DNA of 63,595 nt, counting the filler, from Clostridiaceae bacterium (lineage in GTDB: Bacteria > Bacillota > Clostridia > CAYPLH01 > DUMO01): assembly GCA_012839865.1 (NCBI GenBank). It is 3 parts of 3 records of this genome, joined end to end, with 100 filler letters (N's around TTAATTAATTAA, not from the genome) between each part and the next. Parts side by side here need not be neighbours in the genome. Positions count along the whole stretch, not along the records: positions 17,992 to 40,715 come from DUMO01000067.1; positions 40,816 to 63,595 come from DUMO01000011.1; 1 more part is not named here. One strand, given 5' to 3'. The translations under genes and the position numbers were made by a program. Positions 31,340 to 42,425 of this stretch are shown in pieces (position 1 is the first letter of the stretch; every line of letters begins with the position of its first letter). The notes under the pieces are model-generated. The model made no database searches, was not told the origin of the DNA, and saw only the letters and a list, made by a program, of their open reading frames with translations.

Positions 31340-32455
31340 TTGAATGAAAACAGGAGATATAAGGTGAAAAACATAGTTGTAACTTTATGCTTTATAATAA
31401 TACTCTCAGGATTCATGGCGGCAAATGCAATAGTGCCGGATAATGAATTTTCCTTCAGTGAAAGGCGCAAATTATCCGAAATTCCTGAATTTTCCCTTGA
31501 GAAACTGCTGAGCGGGGATTTGTTTGAGGAATTTGAAGAATATGCTCTTGATCAGTTTGTCTTGCGGGACGTCTTCCGGGGAATAAAGGCCATCGGCCGG
31601 TACTACCTTTTCAACCAGAAGGACAACAACAAAATTTATATCGTAGACGGAAATATCAGCAAGATGGAATACCCGCTGGATGAAAGGTCTGTCTTTAACG
31701 CAGCAAAAAAACTTAATGATATTTATACCAGATATCTTCAGGGCACGAATGTAAGCTATGCCATCATACCCGATAAAAACTACTTTCTGGCATCCCAAAA
31801 CGGGTATCTTTCGATGGATTATGACAGGCTGGTTGAAATAATGAACCAGAATGTTAAAAATATGAAATACATTGATTTGTTCAGTGTTTTGTCAATAGAG
31901 GACTACTACAGGACCGACATACACTGGAGCCAGGACAGGATAATCCATGTGGCGGATGTTCTTCTTAAGGAGTTGGGCAATGAGGCCAGAGCATCCGGTG
32001 TTCAATACAGCAGGGAAGAGATGTATCCCTTTAATGGATCATTTTACGGGCAGGCGGCCCTCAGGCTGGAACCGGATATTATGGTTTATCTCACCAATGA
32101 CATAATAGAAAATGCAGTCGTATATGACCATATTGACAAGACATACAGCAAGGTGTACATGCATGACAGGTTTGGTACCATAGACTCCTATGACTTTTTC
32201 CTTTCTGGTGCCAGGTCGTTGATTACCGTTTTGAATCCCGCATGTACCACCGGCAGGGAGCTGATATTGTTCCGGGACTCCTTCGGGAGCAGCATTGCAC
32301 CGTTACTGCTTGAAGGTTATTCGAAAATCACCCTTGTGGATCTTCGCTACTTCGGGACGGAATTGCTGGGAGACTATATTGATTTTACCGAAGGCCAGGA
32401 TATACTGTTTTTATATAACACACAAATTTTAAATAAAAGTGCAATGCTGAAGTAA
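31340..32455 (+). CDS. DHHW-family / AlgJ-like SGNH acyltransferase partner
   Basis: N-terminal TM, E.R.L motif, IIPDK, YYRTDIHW, RDSFG. Confidence 0.85.
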   Translation: MNENRRYKVKNIVVTLCFIIILSGFMAANAIVPDNEFSFSERRKLSEIPEFSLEKLLSGDLFEEFEEYALDQFVLRDVFRGIKAIGRYYLFNQKDNNKIYIVDGNISKMEYPLDERSVFNAAKKLNDIYTRYLQGTNVSYAIIPDKNYFLASQNGYLSMDYDRLVEIMNQNVKNMKYIDLFSVLSIEDYYRTDIHWSQDRIIHVADVLLKELGNEARASGVQYSREEMYPFNGSFYGQAALRLEPDIMVYLTNDIIENAVVYDHIDKTYSKVYMHDRFGTIDSYDFFLSGARSLITVLNPACTTGRELILFRDSFGSSIAPLLLEGYSKITLVDLRYFGTELLGDYIDFTEGQDILFLYNTQILNKSAMLK

Positions 32456-32874
32456 CTCCAAATATGCAAAGAACACTGGCTGCAACCGCTTTTGGCAGTA
32501 TCATCCGATTCCATAAAACCTCACACCTGATGAGTTGCTGCTTTGTGCCGGTTCGGGTATCGATCCGCCAAAGCCGCCTGCGGCATTTATTGTCAGACCG
32601 AGAATAACCTTAAAGCGGTAAGACAAACTTTTAAACCTGGAAGGCTTGACTATCCGTCCATAATTACCTCATGTATATATTTTATTAAGTGCCAATTACC
32701 GTCAGATTTTCATGTCTTTAATAATATAGTTAATTAACATTAATTTCAAGAGTTTAGCCAAAAGCCCATGGTTTGGCCACCGGGATGAAGGCTTATCTTG
32801 AATTAAAACATATTCCCGGTAATAATATGAAGCATTGCCCGCCTGGTCAAAAACCCCATGTGTTAAGTATTAAT

Positions 32875-33879
32875 TTATTCACTGAAAACAACTTTATTAC
32901 ATTTGAACACAAAATCCATATGGAACGGGCAGTTGTTTTCTCCACCAAAGAAATGATTCATTCCCAATCCGATATGGTAAGTGCCCAGGGCTTTCTCGTC
33001 AAAGAGAGTATAACCTGTTATCTCCTTAATATTGGGATTTAACCCGATACCAAACTCGCACAGAATTTTGAATTGTTCCGGCAATGCTTTGAAGAAATCA
33101 TTTATTTCCTGGGAAGAGGTATTTATAAGTTTGCCCCCTTCAAAGGTCAAAATAACATCGGTAAAGCTTTTACCCTTCAATTTGACCAAAGGTACAATCA
33201 GCTCACCAAAACTGCAATTCTCAATGGGCGCTATGTAAACTTCACCCGACGGGAAATCCCCGCATCCGTCATCGATGAACCAGTTTCTGCTCTCAATGTC
33301 CAACTTTAATACATACTTATTGCCCGTAATTATCTCAATGCCTTTCATGCCTTTTAAGCTTTCAACCTTCTCTTTGCAAGTCTTCTTAAGCTCCTGGTAA
33401 TTTATGTTCAAAGCATTGCACATGGATGAGTTGAAAATTTCATAATCCATTCCGGCCTTTGCTGCATTTATCTCAGTCGGGACATTAAGCTGAATATAAT
33501 ATTTTTTGTTTTCTGTTAAAGAATTGAATAATTCTCCCAGGTATTTCTGAAAGTCAGGAATTTCTTCCTTCGAGATTCCTTCGGGAAGCTTTGGCGGATA
33601 CATGAAGATATCCACAACGTATTCGAAGGAAGATAAAAAGCAGAAATATTCTTCAGGAAACCCTTGTTCTTTACGAATCAAACTGAGAACCGTTTTTTCA
33701 AAGAAGCGGTTTGAACAATGGTGTTTCATGGGAACTATTCCTTTTTTGCTTAAATTCTCTGCAAACAAATCCAAAATTTCAAGGTCCTTATTATCACCCC
33801 AAAAATTCAGTAAAACAAAATTTCCCCTGTTAAAGGGGAAACCTTCGCAAATATTTGGTATAAGATCAATAAATTTCAT
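32875..33879 (-). CDS. Peptidase M29 (thermophilic aminopeptidase-like)
   Basis: DFPSGEVYIAP, EFGIGLNP, DEKALGTYHIGLG, HMDF. Confidence 0.85.
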   Translation of the reverse strand: MKFIDLIPNICEGFPFNRGNFVLLNFWGDNKDLEILDLFAENLSKKGIVPMKHHCSNRFFEKTVLSLIRKEQGFPEEYFCFLSSFEYVVDIFMYPPKLPEGISKEEIPDFQKYLGELFNSLTENKKYYIQLNVPTEINAAKAGMDYEIFNSSMCNALNINYQELKKTCKEKVESLKGMKGIEIITGNKYVLKLDIESRNWFIDDGCGDFPSGEVYIAPIENCSFGELIVPLVKLKGKSFTDVILTFEGGKLINTSSQEINDFFKALPEQFKILCEFGIGLNPNIKEITGYTLFDEKALGTYHIGLGMNHFFGGENNCPFHMDFVFKCNKVVFSE

Positions 33880-34009
33880 TTTCAGTTCCTCCTGTTATTT
33901 TATAGCACGCATGAAAAGACAATCCAAGAGTTAACAGGGCTTTTTTTCATACAATTTAGCAAAAAGCCCATGACTTAATCTGCTGGCACGAAAGATTGCC
34001 CTGACCGGG

Positions 34010-34417
34010 CTATTTGTCGAGGGACTTCACATAATCACCAATTTTCTTGTCCATGGTTCTTATATGATTTACAAGCCAGTCTATAACCATTTTATTGGCA
34101 TTGAGTATAACCAGGATATTCCCGCCGGACTTGGCATAATCGCTTTTCAATTCGGCAAGATCATTGACGAAGCTTGCATGTGCATTCTTTTGAGCTTCAA
34201 GCCCCGGGTAGCGGATTTCCTCCATATAGTTTTCTTCATCTTTAAAGTGTTGTTTTGTGTATTCATCCAGAAAATTAAGCAAAGTTTCTATGTATTCTTT
34301 TGCTCTTTGTTGTCTTCCCGCTTCAAACAGTTCATTGGCTTTTTCAAACCATGTTTTGTGCTGGTCATCAATACGTTCAACACCGACCGAAAGGTTAGGA
34401 GTCCATGCTATTGACAT
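34010..34417 (-). CDS. Bacteriohemerythrin (atypical, one His replaced by Gln)
   Basis: W...IDDQH, HFKDEE, QKNAH, WLVNHIRTMD. Confidence 0.88.
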   Translation of the reverse strand: MSIAWTPNLSVGVERIDDQHKTWFEKANELFEAGRQQRAKEYIETLLNFLDEYTKQHFKDEENYMEEIRYPGLEAQKNAHASFVNDLAELKSDYAKSGGNILVILNANKMVIDWLVNHIRTMDKKIGDYVKSLDK

Positions 34418-34672
34418 ATAAACTCTCCTTTTAAATTATTCTTGTTAAATAAATTTTATAGGTTTTCAATGATAGTTTCAATAGATTTCCAAAAAAATGG
34501 CGTATTGTGTCGATTTTATGAGATAATATACGTATGACAAAAAAATATAAAAAAGAAAAACTTCTGATATAATGGTATTAGCAGCATGAAATTTTTTGCA
34601 GCAAAATTACTTATATTGACGAAGTAAATCGCCAGGTTATAGCCAGGGCAAATTGAAGGGAGAAGATATAAA

Positions 34673-35311
34673 GTGAATACGAAGATTTTCAGAAACATTT
34701 CTTACGGAGTATATATTGTATCAACGATGGACGGAGACAGGCCCACCGGATGCACAGCCAACAGTGTAATGCAGGTTACATCTTCGCCTGCAACCATAGC
34801 TGTAAGTATAAATCATGATAATTTTACCAATGAATGCATCAAGAAAATGAATAAATTTGCAATATCAATTCTTACAGAGACATCAGACCCTTCAATTATC
34901 GGGACTTTTGGTTTTAGGTCTGGCAAGGACACCAACAAGTTTGACAGGGTATCGTACGAGATGAAGGAAAATCTTCCGGTTATCAAGGATTCATGCGGAT
35001 ATATTATCTGTGATGTAATAGATAAAATGGAGACCGAAACCCATACGGTTTTTCTCGGCAAGGTAATTGACTGTGATGTTCTGGATGACTCAGGACAAGT
35101 CATGACCTATGCATATTATCATAAAGTTATAAAAGGAAAGAGCCCCAAAAATGCACCGACATATTTACCTGATGAGGGCAAAAAACAGGAATCCGGCAAG
35201 ACTAAATATGTGTGCCAGGTTTGTGGCTATGTTTATGAAGGGGAAACTTTGCCGCAGGATTTCAAATGCCCGATTTGCGGCAAAGGTGCGGAGTATTTTA
35301 AAAAGATGTAA
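34673..35311 (+). CDS. Flavin reductase-rubredoxin fusion (high-molecular-weight rubredoxin, Hrb-like)
   Basis: Flavin reductase domain (SYGVYIV, FGFRSG, THTVFLG) plus CQVCG...CPICG rubredoxin. Confidence 0.88.
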   Translation: MNTKIFRNISYGVYIVSTMDGDRPTGCTANSVMQVTSSPATIAVSINHDNFTNECIKKMNKFAISILTETSDPSIIGTFGFRSGKDTNKFDRVSYEMKENLPVIKDSCGYIICDVIDKMETETHTVFLGKVIDCDVLDDSGQVMTYAYYHKVIKGKSPKNAPTYLPDEGKKQESGKTKYVCQVCGYVYEGETLPQDFKCPICGKGAEYFKKM

Positions 35312-35317
35312 ATAAAA

Positions 35318-35360
35318 CAAGCCTTCAGCCTGTGATTTTATTCACCGGTCTGAAGGCTTG
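35318..35360. terminator. Hairpin between convergent hrb-like gene and asnA
   Basis: CAAGCCTTCAG/CTGAAGGCTTG 11-bp stem. Confidence 0.7.
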
Positions 35361-35432
35361 CTTACACATTATTATGTTTATAAGAAGTTGCACCTGTCAT
35401 GGGCCGGAACCTGTAGAAAAATGATTTTCTCC

Positions 35433-36440
35433 TTAAAGCAATTCTATTCCTGAGGCAATGCAACCCTCAACAGTATCCTGATCCCAAACCGAAACCTGCA
35501 CTTCGCCAACATGGGCTTTCTGCAGCAGAAGCATGCACAGCCTCGATTGTCCTATTCCGCCACCTATTGTCAATGGCAGCTCATCATTAAGCAGCATCCT
35601 GTGAAACTTAAATCTGCGCCGGTCATCGCATCCTGCCTTGGTAAGCTGTTCATCCAATGATTTCCTGTCAACACGTATACCCATGGAGGATATTTCAAAA
35701 GCACATTTTAAGATGTCGTTCCAGAAAAGTATATCGCCATTGAGCTTCCAGTCGTCATAATCCGGTGCCCTGCCATCATGCCTGATGCCTGATTTTAGTA
35801 CATCCCCGATTTGCATGATAAAGGCAGTTTTATGTTCTTTTACATATTCGTTTTCACGCTCTTTAGGTGAAAGGGAGGGGTACATATCTTCCAGCTCCTG
35901 AGTGGTTACAAAAGCAACTTCCCTTGAAAGGTCCAGTGAAATGGCCGGAAACTGCCTTTTAATTTCATCCAGGGTATCACATATGGCACCGACGATTTTT
36001 ATTACTATGCTTTTCAAGGTATCCAGATTTCTTGTTTCGCGGCTGATAACCAGTTCCCAATCCCATTGATCGACATATATGGAATGAAGATTATCCATTT
36101 CCTCGTCGCGGCGAATGGCATTCATATCGGTATATAACCCTTCACCTGGGGAAAATCCGTATTTGTGCAATGCCAGGCGCTTCCACTTGGCCAGTGAATG
36201 AACAACCTGTGCTTTTGCATTGGTTTCTTTAATATCAAAATCAACAGGGCGCTCAAAACCGTTCAAATCATCGTTTAATCCCGTATTGGCTGCGACAAAC
36301 AACGGAGCCGAAACTCTTTTCAAATTAAGAGCGTTGCTGAGATTATTTTCAAACACCTTTTTTATTATTCCTATTGCACTTTGAGTTTCATAAAGGCTCA
36401 AAAGCGATCTGTACCCTTTTGGCACTGTCAAATGACTCAT
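35433..36440 (-). CDS. asnA: Aspartate-ammonia ligase (asparagine synthetase A)
   Basis: VSAPLF, NDDLNG.ERPV, VVHSLAKWKR, HSIYVDQWDWE, RAPDYDDW, TIGGGIGQSR. Confidence 0.97.
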   Translation of the reverse strand: MSHLTVPKGYRSLLSLYETQSAIGIIKKVFENNLSNALNLKRVSAPLFVAANTGLNDDLNGFERPVDFDIKETNAKAQVVHSLAKWKRLALHKYGFSPGEGLYTDMNAIRRDEEMDNLHSIYVDQWDWELVISRETRNLDTLKSIVIKIVGAICDTLDEIKRQFPAISLDLSREVAFVTTQELEDMYPSLSPKERENEYVKEHKTAFIMQIGDVLKSGIRHDGRAPDYDDWKLNGDILFWNDILKCAFEISSMGIRVDRKSLDEQLTKAGCDDRRRFKFHRMLLNDELPLTIGGGIGQSRLCMLLLQKAHVGEVQVSVWDQDTVEGCIASGIELL

Positions 36441-36933
36441 ACTTGTACTCCTTCCAGAGTTTACAAAAATAAGGTGCCGCAGATAATAAATCTACAGCAC
36501 CTTTGCTGCATAAAAAAAAGACTAACATTAAAACAAGCCAAAGTCAATACTTTTATTCTGTTCATATGTAGAGGCAATGAGTGCCAGCCGGGACCTTATA
36601 CAAAATTTTTCATAAAGCTGTTTACATATTTATTTAAATATAGTATCATAGCCATGTGAACAAAGGCGTTCATCAGGCAGTATAAGACAAAAGCCGGTGT
36701 GGCTTTTAAGCAGGTGAAAAGGTACTGTGTGATGAGCGCCTTATCTTTTTTTACCGGGGAAAGAAACTATGCAGCAGGGAAAATTATGATGCAAGGAATG
36801 TCTGGAAACCTGTCCGGGTATGCTATATCAGGGTTTTATTCAGAATGAGGCAAACGTTTTATTGATATACGAGTGTGTTTATTTGACATATAAAAAAATT
36901 TATATCCAAGTCGGAGAAAAGGAATGAATTGAT

Positions 36934-38535
36934 ATGACAAAATTTATTTTTATAACAGGCGGTGTGGTGTCCGGACTCGGAAAGGGTATTACGGCTGCAA
37001 GCCTGGGAAGATTGCTGAAGCAGCGAGGACTGAAGGTTGCTGCACAGAAACTGGATCCGTATATTAATGTGGATCCCGGAACAATGAGCCCTTTTCAGCA
37101 TGGAGAAGTGTTTGTGACCGACGACGGAGCCGAGACAGATCTCGATCTGGGGCACTATGAGCGATTTATAGATGAGGATTTGACCAAGTTTTCCAATCTG
37201 ACTTCAGGAAAGGTCTATTGGAATGTCCTTAACCGCGAACGCGCAGGAGGTTACCTGGGGCAGACTGTTCAGGTTATTCCTCATATTACAGGTGAAATAA
37301 TTGATTTTATCTATAAAGGTGCTGAAAAAAGCGGTTGTGATGTGTTGATCACCGAAATCGGCGGAACGACGGGAGACATTGAAAGCCAGCCCTTTTTGGA
37401 GGCTGCAAGGCAAATTTCCCTTGCAAAAGGTGATAATGATTGCCTCTTTATTCATGTTACACTGGTCCCATATCTGAAAGGGTCCAACGAACATAAATCA
37501 AAGCCCACACAGCATTCGGTCAAGGAACTAAGATCAATGGGAATTTCGCCTGATATTATCATTGCCCGCTCCGATGAACCTCTGAGTGACGAAATCAAGG
37601 CAAAAATATCCCTGTTCTGCAATGTCAAGCCCGATTGTGTAATTGAAAACCTTACCCTGTCCAATCTATATGAAGCGCCGCTCATGCTGCATTATAACGG
37701 CCTTGACGAGGTGGTGTGCCGGGAACTTGACCTGCATACGAAAAAGCCCGATTTATCTGAATGGGAAGATATGGTGATGAAGATTAAAAGCAGGAATAAG
37801 GAAGTGGTTATTGCTGTTGTAGGCAAATACGTAAGGCTTCCCGACGCATACCTGTCAATTATAGAAAGCTTGAATCATGCAGGCTATCACACAGGCTCAA
37901 AGGTTAAAATCAAATGGGTGGACAGCGAGGGTGTTACAAAGCAGAATGTGGCTGAAAAATTAGGCGAAGCAAATGGTATTATTATCCCCGGAGGATTTGG
38001 AGACAGGGGCATTGAAGGGAAAATCCACGCCTGTCAATACGCAAGGGAAAATGATATACCTTTGCTCGGGATTTGCCTTGGCATGCAAATAGCAGTAATT
38101 GAATTTGCACGGAATGTTTGCGGTCTTGAAGGCGCCAACTCCTCGGAGTTTGATGAAAACAGCCCCCATCCTGTCATCAACCTGATGGAAGAACAGCTGG
38201 GCATTACTAAAAAAGGCGGAACCATGAGGCTTGGTGCTTATCCATGCAAAACGCAAAGCGGGACGAAGCTTCAGCTCTTGTATGACAAAGAGTTGATCAG
38301 CGAACGGCATCGCCACAGGTATGAATTTAACAATTCATACAGGGAAGTTCTCACAAAACACGGAATGGCAATTTGCGGCACATCACCTGACAATAAATTG
38401 GTTGAAGCAATTGAGCTGCCTGACAAAAGGTTTTTTGTTGGAGTCCAGTATCACCCGGAATTCAAAAGCCGGCCAAACAAACCCCATCCATTGTTTCTGG
38501 GGCTTCTGAAAGCCGCTTTGAATATTGATATTTGA
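36934..38535 (+). CDS. pyrG: CTP synthase
   Basis: [53 protein letters not shown]. Confidence 0.98.
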   Translation: MTKFIFITGGVVSGLGKGITAASLGRLLKQRGLKVAAQKLDPYINVDPGTMSPFQHGEVFVTDDGAETDLDLGHYERFIDEDLTKFSNLTSGKVYWNVLNRERAGGYLGQTVQVIPHITGEIIDFIYKGAEKSGCDVLITEIGGTTGDIESQPFLEAARQISLAKGDNDCLFIHVTLVPYLKGSNEHKSKPTQHSVKELRSMGISPDIIIARSDEPLSDEIKAKISLFCNVKPDCVIENLTLSNLYEAPLMLHYNGLDEVVCRELDLHTKKPDLSEWEDMVMKIKSRNKEVVIAVVGKYVRLPDAYLSIIESLNHAGYHTGSKVKIKWVDSEGVTKQNVAEKLGEANGIIIPGGFGDRGIEGKIHACQYARENDIPLLGICLGMQIAVIEFARNVCGLEGANSSEFDENSPHPVINLMEEQLGITKKGGTMRLGAYPCKTQSGTKLQLLYDKELISERHRHRYEFNNSYREVLTKHGMAICGTSPDNKLVEAIELPDKRFFVGVQYHPEFKSRPNKPHPLFLGLLKAALNIDI

Positions 38536-38722
38536 AGTATTTAATAAGTTAAATAACATTGTAGATTATCTAACTCATGGCACCTCTGCTGAAAGTATTG
38601 AATGCTTTTAAACAGTATTATAAAATGTTATTATTCGACACGGAAGTTCTGATTGTGTGATAACTGACAGGCATTACAGGTGGAACAGCAAGCATCATAA
38701 ACAGGAGGTGCTGAAAAACCAT

Positions 38723-39424
38723 ATGAACATACTGATTGCAGACGATGAGAGCGACATTCGAAACCTGATTAAAATAAGCCTTGAGGAAAACGGATATACT
38801 GTCTTTGCAGCGCAAAACGGCAAGGAAGCATTGGACATACTTATGGCGCAGGACGTTCACCTGGCAATCCTTGATGTAATGATGCCGGTGTTGGATGGCT
38901 TCAACCTTCTCCGTAAAATACGGGAACACAGCACCATCCCTGTTATCTTCCTGACTGCGAGGGCCGATGACATGGACAAGGTACTGGGACTCGGGCTGGG
39001 TGCAGACGACTATCTTGTAAAACCTTTTTCCATTGCTGAATTGATGGCTCGTGTAGGCGCACATTTGAGACGGAATAATGAGTATCTCTCACCGAAGGAA
39101 AAAACCAGTGCATGCATCAAATATGGAAATTTGTCCATAGACAAAGAAAAATGCTGTACCTTCAGGGATGGAGAACCCATTGAACTTGGTGCAAAGGAGT
39201 ACAAACTGCTTCTATACTTTATGGAACATCCGGAGAAGGTTTTTACAAAAAGGCAGCTTTATCATGCGGTATGGGATGAGGAATACTATTTTGACGACAA
39301 CACCGTGATGGTACATATAAGCAGAATCAGGAGCCGGATTGAGGACGACCCTCAACAGCCAAAGTATCTGAAAACCGTTCGCGGTATAGGGTACAAACTC
39401 CATTATACCGGAGAAAAGCCATGA
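38723..39424 (+). CDS. OmpR/PhoB-family response regulator
   Basis: ILIADDE, LDVMMP, GADDYLVKPF, VHISRIR, TVRGIGY. Confidence 0.95.
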   Translation: MNILIADDESDIRNLIKISLEENGYTVFAAQNGKEALDILMAQDVHLAILDVMMPVLDGFNLLRKIREHSTIPVIFLTARADDMDKVLGLGLGADDYLVKPFSIAELMARVGAHLRRNNEYLSPKEKTSACIKYGNLSIDKEKCCTFRDGEPIELGAKEYKLLLYFMEHPEKVFTKRQLYHAVWDEEYYFDDNTVMVHISRIRSRIEDDPQQPKYLKTVRGIGYKLHYTGEKP

Positions 39425-40715
39425 AAAGAAAACTGTCCAATCAATTTCTCATAAATTTTCTTGTGATATTTTTGCTGACGATACTGGATACGATACTCGC
39501 ATTTATGCTGCTGTCCTTTGCCAGCAGATTGATTTCAGGTTCCCTGGCAAAAAATCAATATCCCGCAAGCGCAATTATTAAAGAGGATTACAGGCAGATT
39601 GACGCATCCGCTGTTGTGAAAAACGGCGGAGGAGTTCAGGTAGTGGACAAGGAATATCGAGTTGTTTATTCGAAAGGCCTTGATACCATCGGGAAAAACA
39701 AGTTGACTGCCGAAGAGTTTACAACATTTTTAGCAGAAAGCAAAAGCAAACCATATCATTATGATATTCACTATCATCCAAAGGGTGAGTTTTGGTTGAT
39801 TGTTACCTTCCCCACCTCCATCCGGCTGGATTTTTCCCTGGTGTATAATAAACAAGCTGCTGCGGGTGATTTCTTGCATGCAGGTTCGGTGGTTGCCCTT
39901 GTACTGGTGATTTTTCTTCTGGTTCTTGCACTTTTCTCCTTTATCTATTCGAGAATTACAGCAGCCAGTATAACCATACCTCTAAAAAAGCTTTGTGACG
40001 GTACTAAGCTTTTGCGGGAGGGTGATTATTCCGTGCGGGTGGATTTGCGCCTCAAAAATGAGTTTGCGGAGCTTCAGAATACCTTTAACGACATGGCTGC
40101 CCGGATTGAGCATGAAATTTCAATGCGCAAAAAGTCGGAGGAGGATAGAAAGCGGTTGATTCTGGACATCTCCCATGATGTTAAAAATCCTTTGTCCAGC
40201 ATACAGGGCTATGCGGAGCTGCTCATGAAGAAGCAATGCATGAATGAATGCAAGGAATACCTTGAGGTCATTCTCAGCAACAGCAAAAGGGCTAATAAAC
40301 TGCTTACCGAGTTGTTTGAGCTTTCCCAGATGGACAGTCCGGAATTTTCATTAAAGCTTGCAAAAACAGATATCTGCGAATACATCCGGCAAATATGCGG
40401 CGAGCTTGTACCGCAGTTGGAGCGGGAAGGGTTCAGATATGAATTTGAAATTATTGAAGAAAGCGTTTTTGTAATGCTGGATACGGACCGGTTTAGCCGG
40501 ATTATTCAAAATCTTGCGAACAATGTAATGCGGTACAATCCAAAAGGAACACTGGTTGCTGTATGCCTGACGGCACAAGACAATCAGGTGGTGATCGACT
40601 TTAAGGATGACGGGATTGGAATTCCTGCTCATCTTGCAGATAACATATTCAAGCCCTTTGTCCGGGTGGACGATTCCCGGAATTCCCAAACCGGAGGAAG
40701 CGGGTTGGGGCTTTC
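39421..40715 (+). CDS. HAMP-containing sensor histidine kinase (3' truncated at gap)
   Basis: Two TMs, HAMP, ISHDVKNPL H-box, NLANN, DDGIG, GSGLGL. Confidence 0.92.
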
Positions 40716-40815
40716 NNNNNNNNNNNNNNNNNNNNNNNNNNNNNNNNNNNNNNNNNNNNTTAATTAATTAANNNNNNNNNNNNNNNNNNNNNNNNNNNNN
40801 NNNNNNNNNNNNNNN
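40716..40815. other. Artificial contig linker
   Basis: 44 N + TTAATTAATTAA + 44 N. Confidence 0.97.
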
Positions 40816-42030
40816 AGAGTTAATATACAATTTTATTGAAAACACCACAAACTTAGCAGACTTTAATTTTATGTACGGCACATCCATCATATTTTCTGAA
40901 TCTTTTATACTTTGAATTTCCTTTTTCAGAAGCTTTTCAACTGCATTATCAGTCAGATACTCTGTCTGTTTCATTATCTTGCGCTTAAGTTCCTTGTTTT
41001 CATTAATTGTTTTACTGATACTTTCTTCTATATGGCTGAATATATCTTCTTTTATTATATCCATCGTCTCCTCATGCACCAGCCCAATCAGTCTTGCAAT
41101 AGGCCTGTTGTGCCTGTAAGCGAAATAAGATGCAAATATTAATACTACTAATAATGAAAGCAGAAGGATAGAAATTATTACACTTCTTATTGACATTAAC
41201 TTTTCTTCAAATTCTGTCTTTGGTATTATAGATTCAATTTCCCAACCAAGTATTTCAGACTTTGCCTGTGTTCTGATTGCATTTATATTATTTGACTTTG
41301 CTGTCATTGGATTATGTGTTAATATAATTTTCTGCTCAGAATTTCTCAGCACAGTTTCAGTTCTTTCAGTGAATTGGTTATTTTGCAGGAAGGCTGAAAT
41401 AATATCCAAATCCATCTCAATAACAACGGTTGCTTTCCAATTTTTACGACTGCCAACAGGCAAAGAATTAACATAGTAAAGCTTACATAAACTTCCCTCT
41501 GTGTCTCTTTCATAAACCAGGTTTCTATGATTGTATTCGCTGATTATACTTTTATGATCAATTTGTGTTTTATTCAAGTCATTAAAGTAAAGTTCATATC
41601 CTGCTTTGTATTCATTTGTAATTACTGTTTCATTATTAAAAAAAATATTTATTCCTTTTACAAACTTATTACTATATACATATGTATTCAGGTCCTTTAT
41701 AACTTCATAAGCATTATAGCTTTCAGCATTCGGCTTCACATTTTGTGACATATTAAGATAACTCACAACTCTTGGATTTGAGTTGACCAGGCTTATCAGT
41801 TGATTCATGTTTGCAAACTCTTTTTCTATCGAGCTTAAAGTATTTTGCAGCAGTACATTGTTGACATTTATAATCTGATTTTTTAAAGATTGGGTTAGCA
41901 ATCCATATATAAGGCCCGTCCCAATGCATAGTATTAATATGATTATAATATAAGTTTTTAAATACTCGAAAAGAGCTGAGTATTTAGATTTTGACCTGAG
42001 CACTAATTTTTCTTTGAAAAAATTTATCAT
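40816..42030 (-). CDS. Membrane sensor with Cache-like extracellular domain, probably an AraC-type regulator or kinase (3' truncated)
   Basis: TM - long extracellular domain - TM - YRHNRPI HAMP-like segment; runs into the gap. Confidence 0.6.
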
Positions 42031-42338
42031 ACTGAGGCCTGCCTTTCAATCATTATCTATATTAGGAAATGTCTGTGTCCGTATCCTTGCATTTTTAAGT
42101 GAGTTGGAAATTAATACCAATATATATGCTATAACTTTATTTATATATATTTAAATTATATAGGAAATTATGTTACTAAACAATCATTTAATATGAATTG
42201 AATTCTGAGAGTCTTTTCAGAACGTTATAAGTGTTTTATGAACAATCAGCTTTAATAATACAATATAATAGCATTAATAAAGAAATCAAAAACCCGGGGG
42301 AACTCTTCTCCGGGTGCTTTCAGTTGGATTTGTTTTGC

Positions 42339-42405
42339 AAAATAGCCTGAGCGGCATACTCCCGCCGCCTAAAAGGCGGGAGACTTCTTGCTCCTATATG
42401 TTAAA
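42339..42405 (+). mobile_element. Possible solo IS200/IS605-family end remnant
   Basis: CTCCCGCC-gcctaaaa-GGCGGGAG hairpin followed by ACTTCTTGC...GTTAAA, resembling from memory Firmicute IS605-group ends; no transposase nearby. Confidence 0.45.
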
Positions 42406-42425
42406 TATTTTTTCCGTGAACTCTT

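Noticed and set aside
32460..32700. Possible structured ncRNA downstream of the DHHW gene
   Set aside because: GC-rich, but no recognisable family motif or convincing long stem could be supported by eye.
36780..36933. pyrG reiterative-transcription attenuator
   Set aside because: No GGGC start or leader terminator could be located.
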